Made by a program: the position numbers and the translations under genes
In this document: positions 60,201 through 61,462 of the stretch, one piece after another
How the letters are laid out: each line of letters opens with the position of its first letter
Position numbering within the stretch: position 1 is the first letter of the stretch
The notes under the pieces: model-generated
The model's database searches: none
What the model was told of the DNA's origin: nothing
Seen by the model: the letters and a program-made list of their open reading frames with translations, nothing else
Assembly: GCA_004431415.1 (NCBI GenBank)
Contig: QPMI01000287.1
Location: 1-61,462 of the forward strand
Direction: 5' to 3'
Origin: Cyanophora paradoxa CCMP329
Lineage: Eukaryota; Plantae; Glaucophyta
Length of the DNA: 61,462 nucleotides

Positions 60201-61462
60201 AAAACTAACACCCCTCCCTATCATGCAAACCTGCCAGAGTGCTCTGGCGAATCCCAGCGCTCCCTGCCTGCTGTTTCGTGTGGGTGGGGACCCCTGTGAG
60301 ATTTCAGGGGGCGATCGGGGCAGCCCCGAACCCAACCTCGAAACTAGAAAACTAACACCCCTCCCTATCATGCAAACCTGCCAGAGTGCTCTGGCGAATC
60401 CCAGCGCTCCCTGCCTGCTGTTTCGTGTGGGTGGGGACCCCTGTGAGATTTCGGGGGCGATGGGGCAGCCCCAACCCAACCTCGAAACTAGAAAACTAAC
60501 ACCCCTCCCTATCATGCAAACCTGCCAGAGTGCTCTGGCGAATCCCAGCGCTCCCTGCCTGCTGTTTCGTGTGGGTGGGGACCCCTGTGAGATTTCGGGG
60601 GCGATGGGGCAGCCCCGAACCCAACCTCGAAACTAGAAAACTAACACCCTCCCTATCATGCAAACCTGCCAGAGTGCTCTGGCGAATCCCAGCGCTCCCT
60701 GCCTGCTGTTTCGTGTGGGTGGGGACCCCTGTGAGATTTCGGGGGCGATGGGGCAGCCCGAACCCAACCTCGAAACTAGAAAACTAACACCCCTCCCTAT
60801 CATGCAAACCTGCCAGAGTGCTCTGGCGAATCCCAGCGCTCCCTGCCTGCTGTTTCGTGTGGGTGGGGACCCCTGTGAGATTTCGGGGGGCGATTGGGGC
60901 AGCCCCGAACCCAACCTCGAAACTAGAAAACTAACACCCCTCCCTATCATGCAAACCTGCCAGAGTGCTCTGGCGAATCCCAGCGCTCCCTGCCTGCTGT
61001 TTCGTGTGGGTGGGGACCCCTGTGAGATTTCGGGGGCGATCGGGGCAGCCCCGAACCCAACCTCGAAACTAGAAAACTAACACCCCTCCCTATCATGCAA
61101 ACCTGCCAGAGTGCTCTGGCGAATCCAGCGCTCCCTGCCTGCTGTTTCGTGTGGGTGGGGACCCTGTGAGATTTCGGGGGCGATGGGGCAGCCCCGAACC
61201 CAACCTCGAAACTAGAAAACTAACACCCCTCCCTATCATGCAAACCTGCCAGAGTGCTCTGGCGAATCCCAGCGCTCCCTCCTGCTGTTTCGTGTGGGTG
61301 GGGACCCCTGTGAGATTTCGGGGGCGATGGGGCAGCCCCGAACCCAACCTCGAAACTAGAAAACTAACACCCCTCCCTATCATGCAAACCTGCCAGAGTG
61401 CTCTGGCGAATCCCAGCGCTCCCTGCCTGCTGTTTCGTGTGGGTGGGGACCCCTGTGAGATT
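51289..61462 (+). repeat. Long homogeneous 147-bp satellite array (short inversion ~51628-51765)
   Basis: Roughly 70 tandem monomers running to the window end. Confidence 0.98.

Overview
Eukaryotic, heterochromatin/centromere-like window. The backbone is a ~147-bp GC-rich tandem satellite with several internal dyads, local higher-order repeats and many strand inversions. Its 49-codon open frame explains most of the ORF track, and I do not call those ORFs genes. The array is interrupted by foreign DNA. (i) A ~19.6-kb mosaic island (8009-27651) holds a 5'-truncated Ty3/Gypsy pol, a degenerate ~8.7-kb APE-RT-RNaseH-zinc-finger non-LTR element carrying a tiny poly(A) retroposon, a Polinton/virophage-like gene block, and an internally deleted gag-integrase LTR element. 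(ii) One intact, very young Ty3/Gypsy element (32311-37111) has identical 114-bp LTRs, a 4-bp TSD, and its empty site is present in a duplicate 2.6 kb upstream. (iii) Several 0.14-2.7-kb TSD-less fragments (DDE-transposase-like, LamG-like, virus-like, gag) sit between satellite monomers, and some were re-amplified with them as composite units. The main hypothesis is a satellite array that captures and amplifies mobile-element/virus fragments (repeat-spacer-like archive, possibly a small-RNA source). This is inference: no homology searches were run, and family assignments rest on motif recognition only.
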